Counted from the first letter of the stretch, positions 23,506 to 39,147 are shown. The stretch: DNA of 64,000 nt from Octopus vulgaris (GCA_951406725.2 OX597832.1:54746001-54810000); one strand, 5' to 3'. The notes: generated by a model not told the origin, from the letters alone. A program made the numbers and translations.

Positions 23506-23960
23506 CACAGACGTGGCTCTGTGGTAAGCAGTTAGCGTCCCAACCACCTTGTTCCGGGTTCAGTCACAGTACGTGGCACCTAAGACAAATTTTACTATAG
23601 CCCTGGGCTGACCAAAGCCTGGTGAGTGGATTTCGTAGACGGAAACTGAAAGATACCCGTCGTATGCGTGTGAGTTTGTATTTGTGTTTGTGGTTGTTTC
23701 TCACCACCGCTTAACAAACGGTGTTGGTGTGTCTGCGTCCTCGTAACTTAGCGATTCGGCAAAAGAAAACATAATCGTCCGTTGTCTATATTCACGACGG
23801 GCTTCTTCACAATTACCCTTCTATCACATTCACTCACAAAATATAGTTGGACTGCTTCTGCCGTAGAAGACACATACCCTAGGTGCTGCGCAGCAGGATT
23901 GAACCCAAAACAACGTAGTTGAAAAGCGAGCGTATTAACCACACGGTAATGCCTGCATGG
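23506..23960. mobile_element. Two diverged family B partial copies in convergent orientation
   Basis: 23506-23765 (+) and 23790-23960 (-) match the family B head and middle. Confidence 0.75.
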
Positions 23961-24359
23961 ACCGTGTGAAAAAAAAAACAACTTTAAAAAAAATGTATCG
24001 AAATAGCAACCTGAGAGATATAGGAGCATTAATGAAAAAAATTAATTCTGAACAAGTTTAGTAAAACTGGGTAAATAACTGAGAAAATACACAAAGAAAT
24101 TATTGTGGGCGGCTGTCTTCATTCATATTTTGACCTTGAATGTGGCAACCAGGTTTGAACCCAAGTCGACTGGGAGATTCCCACCGCATTACACTGTATA
24201 ACCGCAATAAATATGTGCTTCTTTTTACGTGGCATAAAAAACCTTTGATTTCACCCCGGTATACTTTTCTCTTTCTGGGAAGTACGTAACCCGACGAGGT
24301 AGCAGAGGCAACAAGAGATAAAAAAAAAAGGCTTCAAACACTTGGAATGTTAATAAGTA

Positions 24360-24450
24360 AAGAAGAAGAAGAAAAAAGAAGAAGAAGAAGAAGAAGAAGA
24401 AGAAGAAGAAGAAGAAGAAGAAGAAGAAGAAGAAGAAGAAGAAGAAGAAG
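24360..24450. repeat. (GAA)n microsatellite
   Basis: Direct reading. Confidence 0.97.
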
Positions 24451-24582
24451 ATAAATCTATTGAGAACCTACCGTCATAATTTTACAACGATCAGAGGAAG
24501 GTTTAATAGACCGGTTTCAAACTTTGGTACAAGACCAGCAATTTTAAGGGAACGCATTAACGGCTCTGGCAGCTTATCGCTT

Positions 24583-24647
<65 letters not shown>

Positions 24648-24684
24648 TGATGATGATGATGATAATAATAATAATTTAGTCAGA

Positions 24685-24759
24685 GGGTAGTTTAGCTTAA
24701 TGGTAAAACACTGTGACCCGTAATCACAGGGATGTAAGTTCGAGTCTCATGGCTGGCCG
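24685..24759 (+). pseudogene. tRNA-like sequence (Thr, anticodon CGT); pseudogene or SINE head
   Basis: Box A tagcttaatggt; anticodon stem-loop tgtga-cccgtaa-tcaca; T-loop gttcgagt; weak acceptor stem gggtagt/gctggcc. Confidence 0.6.
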
Positions 24760-24769
24760 CTGGCAACAA

Positions 24770-24915
24770 ATGCCCTGATGCAGTACCATGCAGTGGATCT
24801 TGGGGCTTCTGATCTCAACTGATTGGAAGTGTTATCGTTTACATTGTTTTGTCTTGGTATAAAAGATGGGCTACAGCAAATATTCTGCTCAATACCACAG
24901 ATTTGCTTGCCAGCT
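24770..24915 (+). mobile_element. Partial copy of the (TAA)n-associated repeat at 39877
   Basis: Near identity to 39877-40020. Confidence 0.85.
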
Positions 24916-24964
24916 GCATGTCCCTCAGCTAGATCATATGTTGGTTTAATAAGCCATGTTCAAA

Positions 24965-25362
24965 AGGCGGTGAGCTGGCAGAAACGTTAGCACGCCGGAC
25001 TAAATACTTAGCGGTATTTCGTCTGCCGTTACGTTCTGAGTTCAAATTCCACCGAGGTCGACTTTGCCTTTCATCCTTTCGGGGTCGGATAAATAAGTAC
25101 CAGTTACGCACTGGGGTCGATATAATCGACTTAATCCGTTTGTCTGTCCTTGTTTGTCCCCTCTGTGTTTAGCCCCTTGTGGGTAGTAAAGAAATAGGTA
25201 TTTCGTCTGTAGTTACGTTCTGAGTTCAAATTCTGCCGAGGTCGACTTTGCCTTTCATCCTCTCGGGGTCGATAAATTAAGAATCAGCTGCGTACTGGGA
25301 TCAATTTAATCGACTGGCCCCTTCCCCAAAAATTTCTGGCCTTGTGCCTAGAGTATAAAAGA
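24965..25362 (+). mobile_element. SINE family A dimer
   Basis: Head plus two bodies; TSD aataagccatg(t/c)tca at 24948-24962 and 25363-25377. Confidence 0.92.
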
Positions 25363-25564
25363 ATAAGCCATGCTCATATTTACGTTGCCTTTGGTGATCT
25401 GAGGATTCACATGAGGATTAACACGGTGAAATGATCTGTAGTGATAGTAACGTGTGTATGTTACTGATTGTCTATTTGGTTGGATCATTTTTTTCTGTCT
25501 TCACGCTGAACAATCAAACATAGTCGACAACGGGAGAAACCGTCACGTATGCTCACACGGCTGT

Positions 25565-26560
<996 letters not shown>

Positions 26561-27188
26561 TTGATGATAGAAAAAGTATGTGACGACGCTTCTTTTATTC
26601 AATCTCATTAGCTGAATGTTTTCGTTTTTGAATAGAATTGTCTTCGTATATGAATAGAAACTGTGTGAACTACTGAAAAGAACGGTCAGGATTTACATTA
26701 ACCTAGTTATCTGCCCCTTTCATTGGCTCTTCACACATTGTAACACTATGAACGGATACTCGGCGCCATCTTCATTATCACACGAATTTTATCTTGGTTG
26801 GAAATATCTTCTCATTGTGGTTACAAGACTCGATTTCAGATAATGAATAATATTTAATTGGCGTCGAAATCCATGTATGATATTTATATCAGTCACCGGA
26901 GATTTGTGTCAATTCACACTTGCTAAACTTATTATATATTCATGTATATCGAGATACAGAACGGAATATTAGCTCTGAACATACAAACAGGAATAAATAT
27001 ATAAATAAATAAATAAATATACAATAAATTATGATGTTTTTGTAACAAAGAAGATATTAACTACAAACATGACTCTAGATAAATGGAAAGTCGACAAGGA
27101 TATTTCGGTTCCTAAGTGGACGAGATTTATTTGTATGGAAAGACAGGCGTGAATAAAATGACGCCATACTCATTCCTTTCCCGCAAAG

Positions 27189-28215
<1,027 letters not shown>

Positions 28216-28694
28216 ACAAGAAAAGTACTTCGTTTGCCGTAGGAAGTTCTATGCTCAGAGATCTGAAATAGGTCGTGGACTCGGGATGAACCGATCGCTT
28301 TCCACGGCAGTGTCCGCCATATTCCGGTGCACAGATTCATACATCATTGCTTCCAGTCGTGACCATCCTGTTTTTATTTGTTTTGCCATGTTTTATTTTA
28401 GTTTTTTTTTTGCTTTTGTTTTTATGCATCTTGTACTACATCGTCTGTGAGTCCTTCCATTTATCATTTTTCTTTTTATTTCGTCTTCCGGCCGTCATCA
28501 ATAGGAAGATCTCCAACTATTCTTATTGTTCTTTGACCAATTACATGAAAATGAAGCGGCCTTCTTTGATGATGCAGAGGATTACGGAACCTCTGAAAGG
28601 ATTACGGAACTCCTCCGTTGTCTATGGTTGCCATTTGTCATTATTACTAATCGGTTAATCTTAGGATATTGATTATATTCTATCTTCATCCTCA

Positions 28695-28735
28695 TCAGTA
28701 GCAGCAGCAGTAGTAGCCGTAGCAGCAACAACAAC

Positions 28736-28785
<50 letters not shown>

Positions 28786-28804
28786 CAGCAGCAGCAACAG
28801 CAAC

Positions 28805-28848
<44 letters not shown>

Positions 28849-28885
28849 CAGTAGCAGCAACAGCAACAGCAACAGTAGTAGTAGC

Positions 28886-28939
<54 letters not shown>

Positions 28940-28965
28940 TGCTGTTGTAGCAGCAGCAGTAACAG
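28695..28965. repeat. (TAG)/(CAG)/(CAA) compound trinucleotide repeat
   Basis: Direct reading. Confidence 0.95.
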
Positions 28966-29438
28966 CAAAAGTTTAGCCTCAATCCAGAGATTCTCTCGAG
29001 TACACAGCATAAAGTGGTTCGCGATAACATAAATCTTTACAACAGGAAGAGCAGGAGAGATTTTAATGTGAACTAAAGTCTACTACGGTGTATACGCAAA
29101 GGTTTTAGCCCACACTGCCTAATAAATTAAATTAAATTAAATAAATATAAATATAAAGACAGACATGATTGTGTATCATGTTTGTGAGAGTATCACAGCG
29201 GACAGTAAAAGAGGGACCAAATGGATGACGCTGTTTCGGCTATTCTTATAGTCTCATCAACCAGAAGTTACTCTATGTTTTACTACCACCGAGGAACTGT
29301 ATTTACAGCTTCTGTTGTTAAGCTTGTAACTAAATAAGGTGCGACCCAATCTACCCGGTTCAGTTAAAAGCATAAAAGTACCTTCAGATGTATTTTCGCA
29401 ATCGTTGTAAAATGTAAAGTATGTGGCGACTCGGATGT

Positions 29439-29774
29439 GAAGGCGCATGGCTCAGTGATTAGAGCGTAGAGCTTACGATCGTGAGGCTATGAGTTCGAAA
29501 CCCGGACCTGGCTGCGTGTTGTGTTCTTGAGCAAGACACTTCATTTCACGTTGCTCCAGTTTACTCAACTGTAGAAATAAGTTGCGACGTCACAGGTGAC
29601 AAGCTGTATCGGCCCCTTCGCCTTTCCCTTGGATAATACTGATGGCGTGGGGAAGGGAGGTTAGTATGCATGGGCGACTGCTGGTCTTCCATAAACAACC
29701 TTGCCCGGACTTGTGCCTGGGAGGGTAACTTTCTAGGTGCAATCCCATGGTCAGTCATGACAGAAGGGGATCTC
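29439..29774 (+). mobile_element. SINE family D (tRNA-Val-like head, CORE-like segment)
   Basis: ggcgcatggctcagtgattagagcg...cttacga...gagttcgaaaccc followed by gttgtgttcttgagcaagacactt. Confidence 0.75.
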
Positions 29775-29945
29775 AGGTGACTCGGAAACGTATAACAAAC
29801 CAGAAACAGCTTTGAGCAGTCTGCCTCCCTTTTACTCTACGCAGTGAGGTTATACAAACATGATATACATTTACATCTATCTCATGCATTAAGTCAATAT
29901 ATTTAATTTATGAAAGGGCGATGGTGAAAATCTTTGGGTATACTC

Positions 29946-30847
29946 CAGAGAACCATTTTTTACCTATCGACCCCTTTGATTATTATTTTATTCTGGTGAA
30001 CCCCCATAGCTGCTCGATGTTTAAAAACTACTGAGTTGTCTGAAAAGTTCGTGCCGATTTATAGTAGCTATTTTTCGACTTATTTTAGAACATGGTTGAG
30101 TCCATAAAATAGGATTTGACTACACCTCCATTTACAGCATAGTTTAAGCTATCTTTTCGTGGAAGAAGGTTTATGTTCCTATAACCTGTGTTAATTATGT
30201 AACCCTTTAAAATGGAAGATAAGAAAGTTCATTTTCGACACTTGATGCTTTAGGAACCAGACAAAAATTGCTGCAGCTCGGCTGGGATGTGTTACCCCAC
30301 CCTCCATGTTCACTAGATATTGCTCCTTCGGATTTCCACTTATTCAGGTCTCTGCAGAATAATCTTAATGGTAAAAATTTCAATTCCTTGGATGACGTAA
30401 AAAGATACTGTGATGAATTATTTGCCATGAAACCGCCTCAATTCTGGGAAGACGGTATTTTCAAGTTAAAGGAAAGATGGAGACGCATTGTGCAACAAAA
30501 TGGTTCATATTTGGTTGATTAAAAATGTAATGGCAAGTATTTATTGCCCTTTTTCTTTCCTTTAAAAATCGGCACGAACTTTCCGGACAACCCAATACTT
30601 TCATTGAAACGTAAAAATTCCTATTTTGCTTTCTACACATTCTCTTGTGTAGGTTGAACTAGGTAATATGTTTGAGAGAAAAAACCTGTTTCTTGCAATA
30701 CATACCAATACATACATCTAAAGCAAAATTTTTTTCAAGGCCCTTAAAATATTATTGCAGATTCCCAATTTACTACTTATTACGTGGACCCCCCAAAATC
30801 TTATACAGATCCTCGGAAGCCATATGGACTACGGTTGAGAAACACTG
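29946..30847. mobile_element. Old hAT-like MITE split by the mariner at 30031
   Basis: Right end gttgagaaacactg resembles a hAT TIR; decayed left end cag..aaccattttt; repeated gacccc/ggaccccc motifs on both sides of the mariner; no TSD found. Confidence 0.5.
30031..30595 (+). mobile_element. Internally deleted mariner (565 bp)
   Basis: 30-bp TIRs ctgagttgtctgaaaagttcgtgccgattt / aaatcggcacgaactttccggacaacccaa; TA on both sides; MEDKKVHFRHLML joined to TRQKLLQLGWDVLPHPPCSLDIAPSDFHLFRSL...NGSYLVD. Confidence 0.95.
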
Positions 30848-31201
30848 CTCCATAGTAAACTTTAGTTTCAAAGCTAAACATAGCATATGGTTGATTCCAG
30901 CTTGTTCTAATGAGTATTCTATGTAATAGAGTGAATCTTATAGATGTTAGCATATGTTCTATCAAACGAGCAGCTTATGTTAGAGATAAGTGACCAACGA
31001 TCAATCTGTATCTGAAATACAGAGAGGGTCTACGTAGACAACGCAAAGAATACTGAGTTAGAAACCACACAAGCTAGATAACGACATGGAGGAACGGGTG
31101 GTGATAAAGCAAAGGAAATGGTAAGAAGGAGATCAATCAAAAGAAAGAATGAAAGAAATGTTCAATATATTTTGTTAGAATCTATAATAATATATAATAA
31201 T

Positions 31202-31364
31202 AGGCGTAGGAGTGGCTGTGTGGTAAGTAGCTTGCTTACAAACCACATGGTTCCGGGTTCAGTTCCACTGCATAGCACCTTGGGCCAGTGTCTTCTACTA
31301 TAACCTCAGGCCGACCAAAGCTTTGTGGGTGGATTTGGTAGACGGAAACTGAAAGAAGCCCGTC

Positions 31365-31401
<37 letters not shown>

Positions 31402-31725
31402 GGTGTAAATGTAAATATATGTAAATGGCGGTGCCCCAGCATGACCCCAGCTCGTGAGCTGAAACTAGATAAAATAAAATAAAATAAAATAAAATATATA
31501 TGTATTATGTGTGTGTGTGTGTGTGTGTGTTTGTCCCTCCCAACATCGCTAGACAACCGATGTTGGTGTGTTTACGTCCCCGTAACGTAACGGTTCGGCA
31601 AAAGAGACTGGTAGAATAAGTACTAGGCTTCCAAAGAATAAGTCCTGGGGTCTATTTGCTCGACTAAGAGCGGTGTTCCAGCATGACCACAGTCAAATGA
31701 CTGAAACAAGTAAAAGAGCAAAAGA
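31202..31725 (+). mobile_element. SINE family B with an extra tail fragment inserted in its microsatellite
   Basis: Complete head and tail; flanked by 173-bp direct repeats. Confidence 0.92.
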
Positions 31726-31986
31726 GAGGGTCTACGTAGACAACCCAAACAATACTGGGCTAGAAACCACACAAGCTAGATAACGACGTGGGCGAACGGG
31801 TGTTGATAAAGCAAAGGAAATGGTCAGAAGGAGATCGATCAAAAGAATGAATGAAAGAAATGTTCAATATATTTTGTTAGAATCTATAATAATATCGATA
31901 ACTTCGATTATTCAATAAAACATTTAGTTTTCTGATAATATTCCGATGAATGATTAAGTTCAAAATATTAACGCACGCAAACACAG

Positions 31987-32032
<46 letters not shown>

Positions 32033-32372
32033 ACACACACAAATACACACTCGTACAAACACACACATACATGCACTACGACATACGAACACATACACTC
32101 GCGCATCAAGACACGTATACGCAGGCCAAAGAAGGAGCTACTGCACGGTTGACAGCACTACTAGAAATAATAACCAAATCTTACTCAGACTCCAGGTTAT
32201 CATCGTTAAAAGAGAAGACAAAACAGGAAAAACAGGAAACTTATTTCCTATAATCACTTGGGAAACGGTGGCAAGATCAAAGTGACATCTGTTTGTCTGT
32301 CTGCCAGTCTTTCTCTCTCTCCCCACCACACACACACACACACACACATACGTATGTGCAAACACTCACACA

Positions 32373-32407
<35 letters not shown>

Positions 32408-32419
32408 TCTTTACTATTT

Positions 32420-32801
32420 TACTCTTTTACTTGTTTCACTGTGGCCATGCTGGAGCACCGCCTTTAGTCGAGCAAATCGACCCCAGGACTTATTCTTTGT
32501 AAGCCTAGTACCTAGTACTTATTCTATCGGTCTCTTTTACCGGAGACGTAAACACACCAGCATCGGTTGTCAAGCGATGTTAGGGGAACAACCACAGACA
32601 CACAAACACACACTCATACACACATATATACATATATACGACGGGCTTCTTTCAGTTTCCGTCTACCAAATCCACTCACAAGGCTTTGGTCGGCCCGAGG
32701 CTATAGTTGAAGACACTTGCCCAAGGTGCCACGCAGTGGGACTGAACCCGGAACCATGTGGTTGGTTAGCAAGCTACTTACCACACAGCCACTCCTGCGC
32801 C
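32420..32801 (-). mobile_element. SINE family B
   Basis: Match to the other family B copies. Confidence 0.92.
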
Positions 32802-32806
32802 TTTTT

Positions 32807-32932
<126 letters not shown>

Positions 32933-33444
32933 TAGTTATTAGTAAAATAATTTTACATTAATTTCAAGGGTTATAAAAAGATGGTGGCCATCGCTGGAAG
33001 GCTTTTTGATCGTAACATTGCTCTGCTAAGTGATACTAAACAACGCATATAGACACATACCTGCGTGTATTTCATTTACACGTTCATTTCTGTTTAGTGT
33101 TTGAATAAATAGATATTGTATGGCTAAAAGCAGCGTGGCGGTGATGACGTCAAAGAAAGTTTTGAGAAGATAATAAATTAGCAAGAACGTTAATACGAAA
33201 CCTTGTTGACTGTCAATTTGATTCTTTTGTAATCGATATAGTAAAAAAAAAAGAAGAAGAAATGAAGAAAGAAGAAGCTATTTGAGTCAAATATAACAAA
33301 TGGTTATCATTGGGTTTTCAAATTAAAACAAAAATGAAAATAACAGACGACACGAAAATTTAAAAAAGGAAAAATTTAGAAACGAAAAACGAAATCCTTC
33401 TTATACAAATGATGGGTACATAATCTATGGCGACCGAATGACTA

Positions 33445-34072
<628 letters not shown>

Positions 34073-34156
34073 CGTGTAATGTAAATACACTTACGTGAAA
34101 TGAGTCACTGTTTAGTTGATATTATCGTCATCTTATTATAGACTACCTATCTCTCC

Positions 34157-34233
<77 letters not shown>

Positions 34234-34789
34234 TACGCATAATTTCCTCCTCCTCCTCCTCTCTCAACGCTTTCCCTTTTCTCTAACTCTTTCTCTTTCT
34301 TTTCCGATCCCTCGCTTTTTTTTCCTTCTTCGTCTTTTTTTTTTTACTTTCGTCACACTTCTCACTGTCATTCTACTCTCGCTCTCCCTCCCTCCCTCTC
34401 TTTCTCTCCTCCCACTCTCCCCCTCTGCCCCTCTCTCTGTCCTTCCCGGAGTATGTCGTTCAACGTTTAATCTCGTCTGCTCGGCTCAAATATCTCGAAA
34501 AAGCCGGCGTCGTCAGACAGACGCAAGAAGCGAATTCTCTCGCCGCTGTGATTGGCCACTCGGCACCGTCTGTTCGACACACTCGGCGATTTATGATTTC
34601 ATTTCGTATTCCACCGTACTTTGCTGCTAACAACAACAACAATACTCATAATAGTAAAGAATTTCCTTTCCTTTTTTTTTCTTGTCTTTTTCTTTCTTTA
34701 TCTATTTTTCTTCTTACATACTGACTCATCAACGTCATCTTTTTCTAGAGTACTGAAAAGTCTTTTTCTCGTATACCGAAGTCTTCTTC

Positions 34790-34866
34790 GCAATCATCGC
34801 CGCCGTCACTGCCACCAACGCCATTAACACCGTCGCCGCCGCCGCCATCACCATAGCACTACCCCA

Positions 34867-34909
<43 letters not shown>

Positions 34910-35640
34910 GCGCCGCCGCTGTCAGCATAACCACCAAACCTTCGATAACATAACCACCACCACCACCTTCACTGCTAACACCATTACCAGCACCACCACC
35001 ACCACTGCCGCCACCACCACCACCACCGCCAATATAACCACTACCACCACCACCACCAACAACAACAACATAACCACCACCGCCACCACAATCACCATCA
35101 CCACCACAACCGCCAACATAACTACCACCACCACCACTTACACCACCATCGCCAACATAACCACCGCTATCACCACCACCACCAACAACAACAACAACAA
35201 CACCACCACCACTGCAGGCACTACCGACAACTCTACTACCACCAACATCAGCACCACTAACAACAATACCGTCACCACTATCACTACCACTATCACCACC
35301 ACAACCGCCAACATAACCACTGCCACCACCGCCATCACCACCACCACCAACACCACCACCACCAACACCACCACTGCCAGCACTACCGACAACTCTACTA
35401 CCACTAGCACCAGGACCACTAACAACAATACCGTCACCACCATCACCACCACCGCAACAAACCATGACCACTACCATCGCTACAACCCCTGCATTAACTA
35501 TCCCCGCCACCACCACCACCAAAACCACCGACAACAACAGCAACAACACCATTACGTCCACCACTACCGCTACACCCATAACCACCACCGCCGCCGTCGT
35601 CACCATCGACGTCTCCTCCATCACCACCATTCCGTTTCAA
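34790..35640. repeat. (CCA)/(CAA)/(CTA) low-complexity tract with internal higher-order repeats
   Basis: Degenerate trinucleotide repeat; the block gcactaccgacaactctactacca...ccactaacaacaataccgtcaccac occurs at ~35218 and ~35380. Confidence 0.85.
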
Positions 35641-36077
35641 CCAACGACTAACATCACCCACCCACCTACAGACACCGTTGCCCTTCCACGCTCCACCACG
35701 CTTCGTCACACACACACACACCCTCCTACCTCACTCCTCCTCCCCATTCAATGTGTTTCAGTTTTGTTTCCCCTTAAACTATCTCCCCTTAACACTTTCC
35801 AACCACCCCTACACATCTTTTGTTTCCACTCCCCTCTCTATTCTATCCCTATCTTTAACTCCCCCCTCTCTTTCACCCTCTAATTTTCTCTCATCTATCA
35901 GCCTTTCTCTCATTTGCTTTCACCCTCTCTCACCCTTTCTTTCTTTCTTTCTTTCGTTCTTTGCTTGTTTCTTTCTTTCTTTCTCTCTTTCTTTCTGGTC
36001 CCATCATACATATTATTTCCGCAAACCTCTCCCTTCCTCTCTTGTTCTTTTACTCTCCCTCCCTTCCTTTCTCTCTT

Positions 36078-36128
<51 letters not shown>

Positions 36129-36334
36129 ATATATATATAGAGAGAGAGAGACAGAGACAGAGAGAGGTAATGGTGTCAGTACGACCCAAAGGTGTCAGGT
36201 AATGCTGAGTAAGTGCTATGGACAGATCATAGTTAAGCACCAGGTTCGGTGATCATGCGAATAAGGAGTCCAACTTAGGTCCTATATATGCGTGTGTATA
36301 TATAATTTTTTTTTTCAGAATGAGATAAAAAACA

Positions 36335-36500
36335 CCTATTTCTTTACTGCCCACAAGGGGCTACACACAGAGGGGACAGGCAAGGACAGACAGACGGATT
36401 AAGTCGATTATATCGACCCCAGTGCGTAACTGGTACTTGTTTAATCGACCCCGAAAGGATGAAAGGCAAAGTGGACCTCGGCGGAATTTGAACTCAGAAC

Positions 36501-36502
<2 letters not shown>
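36335..36502 (-). mobile_element. SINE family A body
   Basis: Match to the other family A copies. Confidence 0.9.
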
Positions 36503-36554
<52 letters not shown>

Positions 36555-36729
36555 TAATGTTATTCTACTTGTCCTGTCTTTTACTATTTTTATTTATATT
36601 TTTACTGTCTTGTATTATTTTTACTGTCCTGTTTTTGTTATACTTTTACCCCTCCGCAAAAAATCTCAAATTTTATTTAATTTGCTTTGCGGGAAGGACC
36701 GTTTCACTGAAGTCGTGTCTCGCCTTTAC

Positions 36730-36960
36730 CTTCGAAACACGGAGTAGACGAAGCGGAGGCGGCTGAAGAAGGGGAATTTTCCTTGTGTTGTATGTCTTGT
36801 ACCTTGTTTTTTCGTTGTTTAAAAAAATGTCCGTTTCCATGGTTCTGTCTTTATGTCTTCGTTTCTCATCGTGTTCGACGCTTTTTATGGTGTCCTGTAC
36901 CTATATATGCATGTATATATACATATAGATGTAGGTACGTACATATATGTATGTATATAT
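36730..36960 (+). mobile_element. Dispersed repeat with permuted hammerhead-like boxes (copy 2)
   Basis: cgaaac...agtaga...ctgaagaagggg followed by a T-rich body and ggtgtcctgtac...gtaggtacgtacatatatg, shared with 43445-43660. Confidence 0.7.
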
Positions 36961-36998
36961 GCATATGTTTTGCTTATTATTTTGTTATTATATATATA

Positions 36999-37040
<42 letters not shown>

Positions 37041-37407
37041 TATATCTGTCTGTCTCTCTGCCTATCTATCCCATTTTCCCCTCCCTATCTGTAACATCTT
37101 CCCTCTCACTTATTGCCCACTTATTGCCCTATCTCTCCTCCTACTCTTATTGTCATCAATTCCTCTTCCCGTCCTCCTATCTATCTATCGTTCTCTCTCA
37201 GCTCTTTCTCATCCTCTCTCACTCAAATCCCCTTCTCTTTATCTCTTTTTTTCCCATCTATATGATCCTTACTCTCTACCTCATTCTGCCTTTCTGTCTC
37301 CCTCCTTTCTCTTTCTCTACCTCTCTCTGTGTCTGTCTCCTCTCTCCCCTCTCTGTCTCTGTCTTTCTCTCTGTCTCTCTCTGTCTCTCTGTCTCTCTCT
37401 CTCTCTG

Positions 37408-37438
<31 letters not shown>

Positions 37439-37729
37439 ATCTCCCTTTCTTTGCTTTAGATAAAACCCTGTACTTGAGGTTTTTCTTTCTATGGCATTTC
37501 TATGGGTTTTCCACCCAAAGAGGAAGAACTCTTTTGCTTTCTGGAGTACAAAAAGCTCTCTAACTCTTACTCGCTAATCTCTCCTTGTTTTCTCCTTACT
37601 CCCTCTTTCGCTTTTACCATTTCAACTTCTCTTTCTCTCCCCCCCCCTCTCTCTCTCTCTTCGTCTCTCCCTTACAATCTTTCTGCTTCTTCACACAGTT
37701 CCACATGTATCACATTACAAACACAAACA

Positions 37730-38318
37730 CTCTCTCACTCACTCACTCACTCGATCATGCACACACATACGCGCACGCATATATGCGAGCATACACACGC
37801 ATGTATACACATGTACATACATACATACATACATACGCACATGCATACATATATGCATGCGTACATACATAGATATACGTTTGCATACATACATACATAC
37901 ATACATACATACATACTTATATACATACATAATAATGCATACATGCATATATACATTCATATATGCATACATACATACACATATACATACATAATAATGC
38001 ATACATGCATACATACATTCATACATACGCAGATACATGCATACATGCAAGCATACATACGCACATACATACATATATACCTACATACATACATACATAC
38101 ATACATACATACATACATACATACATACATACATGCGTGCATACACGAATACATACATACACACATACAAACATACAAGCATACGTGCATACATACGCAG
38201 ATACATACATACATACATACATGCATGCATACATTCGCACATACATACACGCATACATATATACATAGCTACATACATGCATACATATATGCGTATATAC
38301 ATACATATACATACGTAC
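37730..38318. repeat. (TACA)n-type compound microsatellite
   Basis: Direct reading. Confidence 0.93.
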
Positions 38319-38319
38319 T

Positions 38320-38460
38320 GGTTTCAAATTTTGGCACAAGGCCAGCAATTTTAGGGGAGGGGCTAAGTCGATTACATAGATCCGCGTACTTATAACTGGT
38401 ACTTATTTTATCGATCTCGAAAGGATGAAAGGCTAAGTCGGCGTCGGCGTAATTTGATAC
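38320..38460 (-). mobile_element. SINE family A body, alternative tail
   Basis: Match to the other family A copies. Confidence 0.8.
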
Positions 38461-39074
38461 ACGCGTATTTTCTCTTTTATTTCTTTCAGGTATTAGACTG
38501 CAGCCACACTGGAGCAGCTCCTTGAAAAATTTTAGTCAAATAACAACGTAGGAACACTTAAATGTACGTTACGACGTTTTTACTCGAATTATGCTAAACA
38601 TAAAATAATATATGTGTGTGGAAGAACCTGGAAGATCTATCAATCATCTTTGAGATTGAAAGCTATATCAATCTCAGAGGTGGATGCCACTACAGACTAC
38701 CGAAGCTCTCATCCTCTCGATGGACCCAATACCATAACAGATTATGATTCATAGGAGCGCACGTTTTCATCTACGAAGAGCAGATACGGATGTATTCAAA
38801 GAATATTTTGGCAATTTCCTGTTTTTTGTTGTTGTTGTTTTTTTTCATCGAAGATACCAGTTGAACCCACATCATGGCAAGAAGCGCCAAAAAAGTGCAG
38901 CTTTGTCCAACTCACTTCTTCGCCAGGACCGATTCCGAACAGTCAGGAAATGAATCCAAAATAAATAAGCATTAACGCTAATGGTGATGCCATAGCATGG
39001 CCACAGTCCCCGGCTGAAGTCAATAAGAGAATAAAGGAAAGATTCAGAACATGTGTGTGTGTGGGTGTGCGTGT

Positions 39075-39147
<73 letters not shown>

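Noticed and set aside
24685-24759. Functional tRNA-Thr gene
   Set aside because: Mismatched acceptor, D and T stems and no T-run terminator
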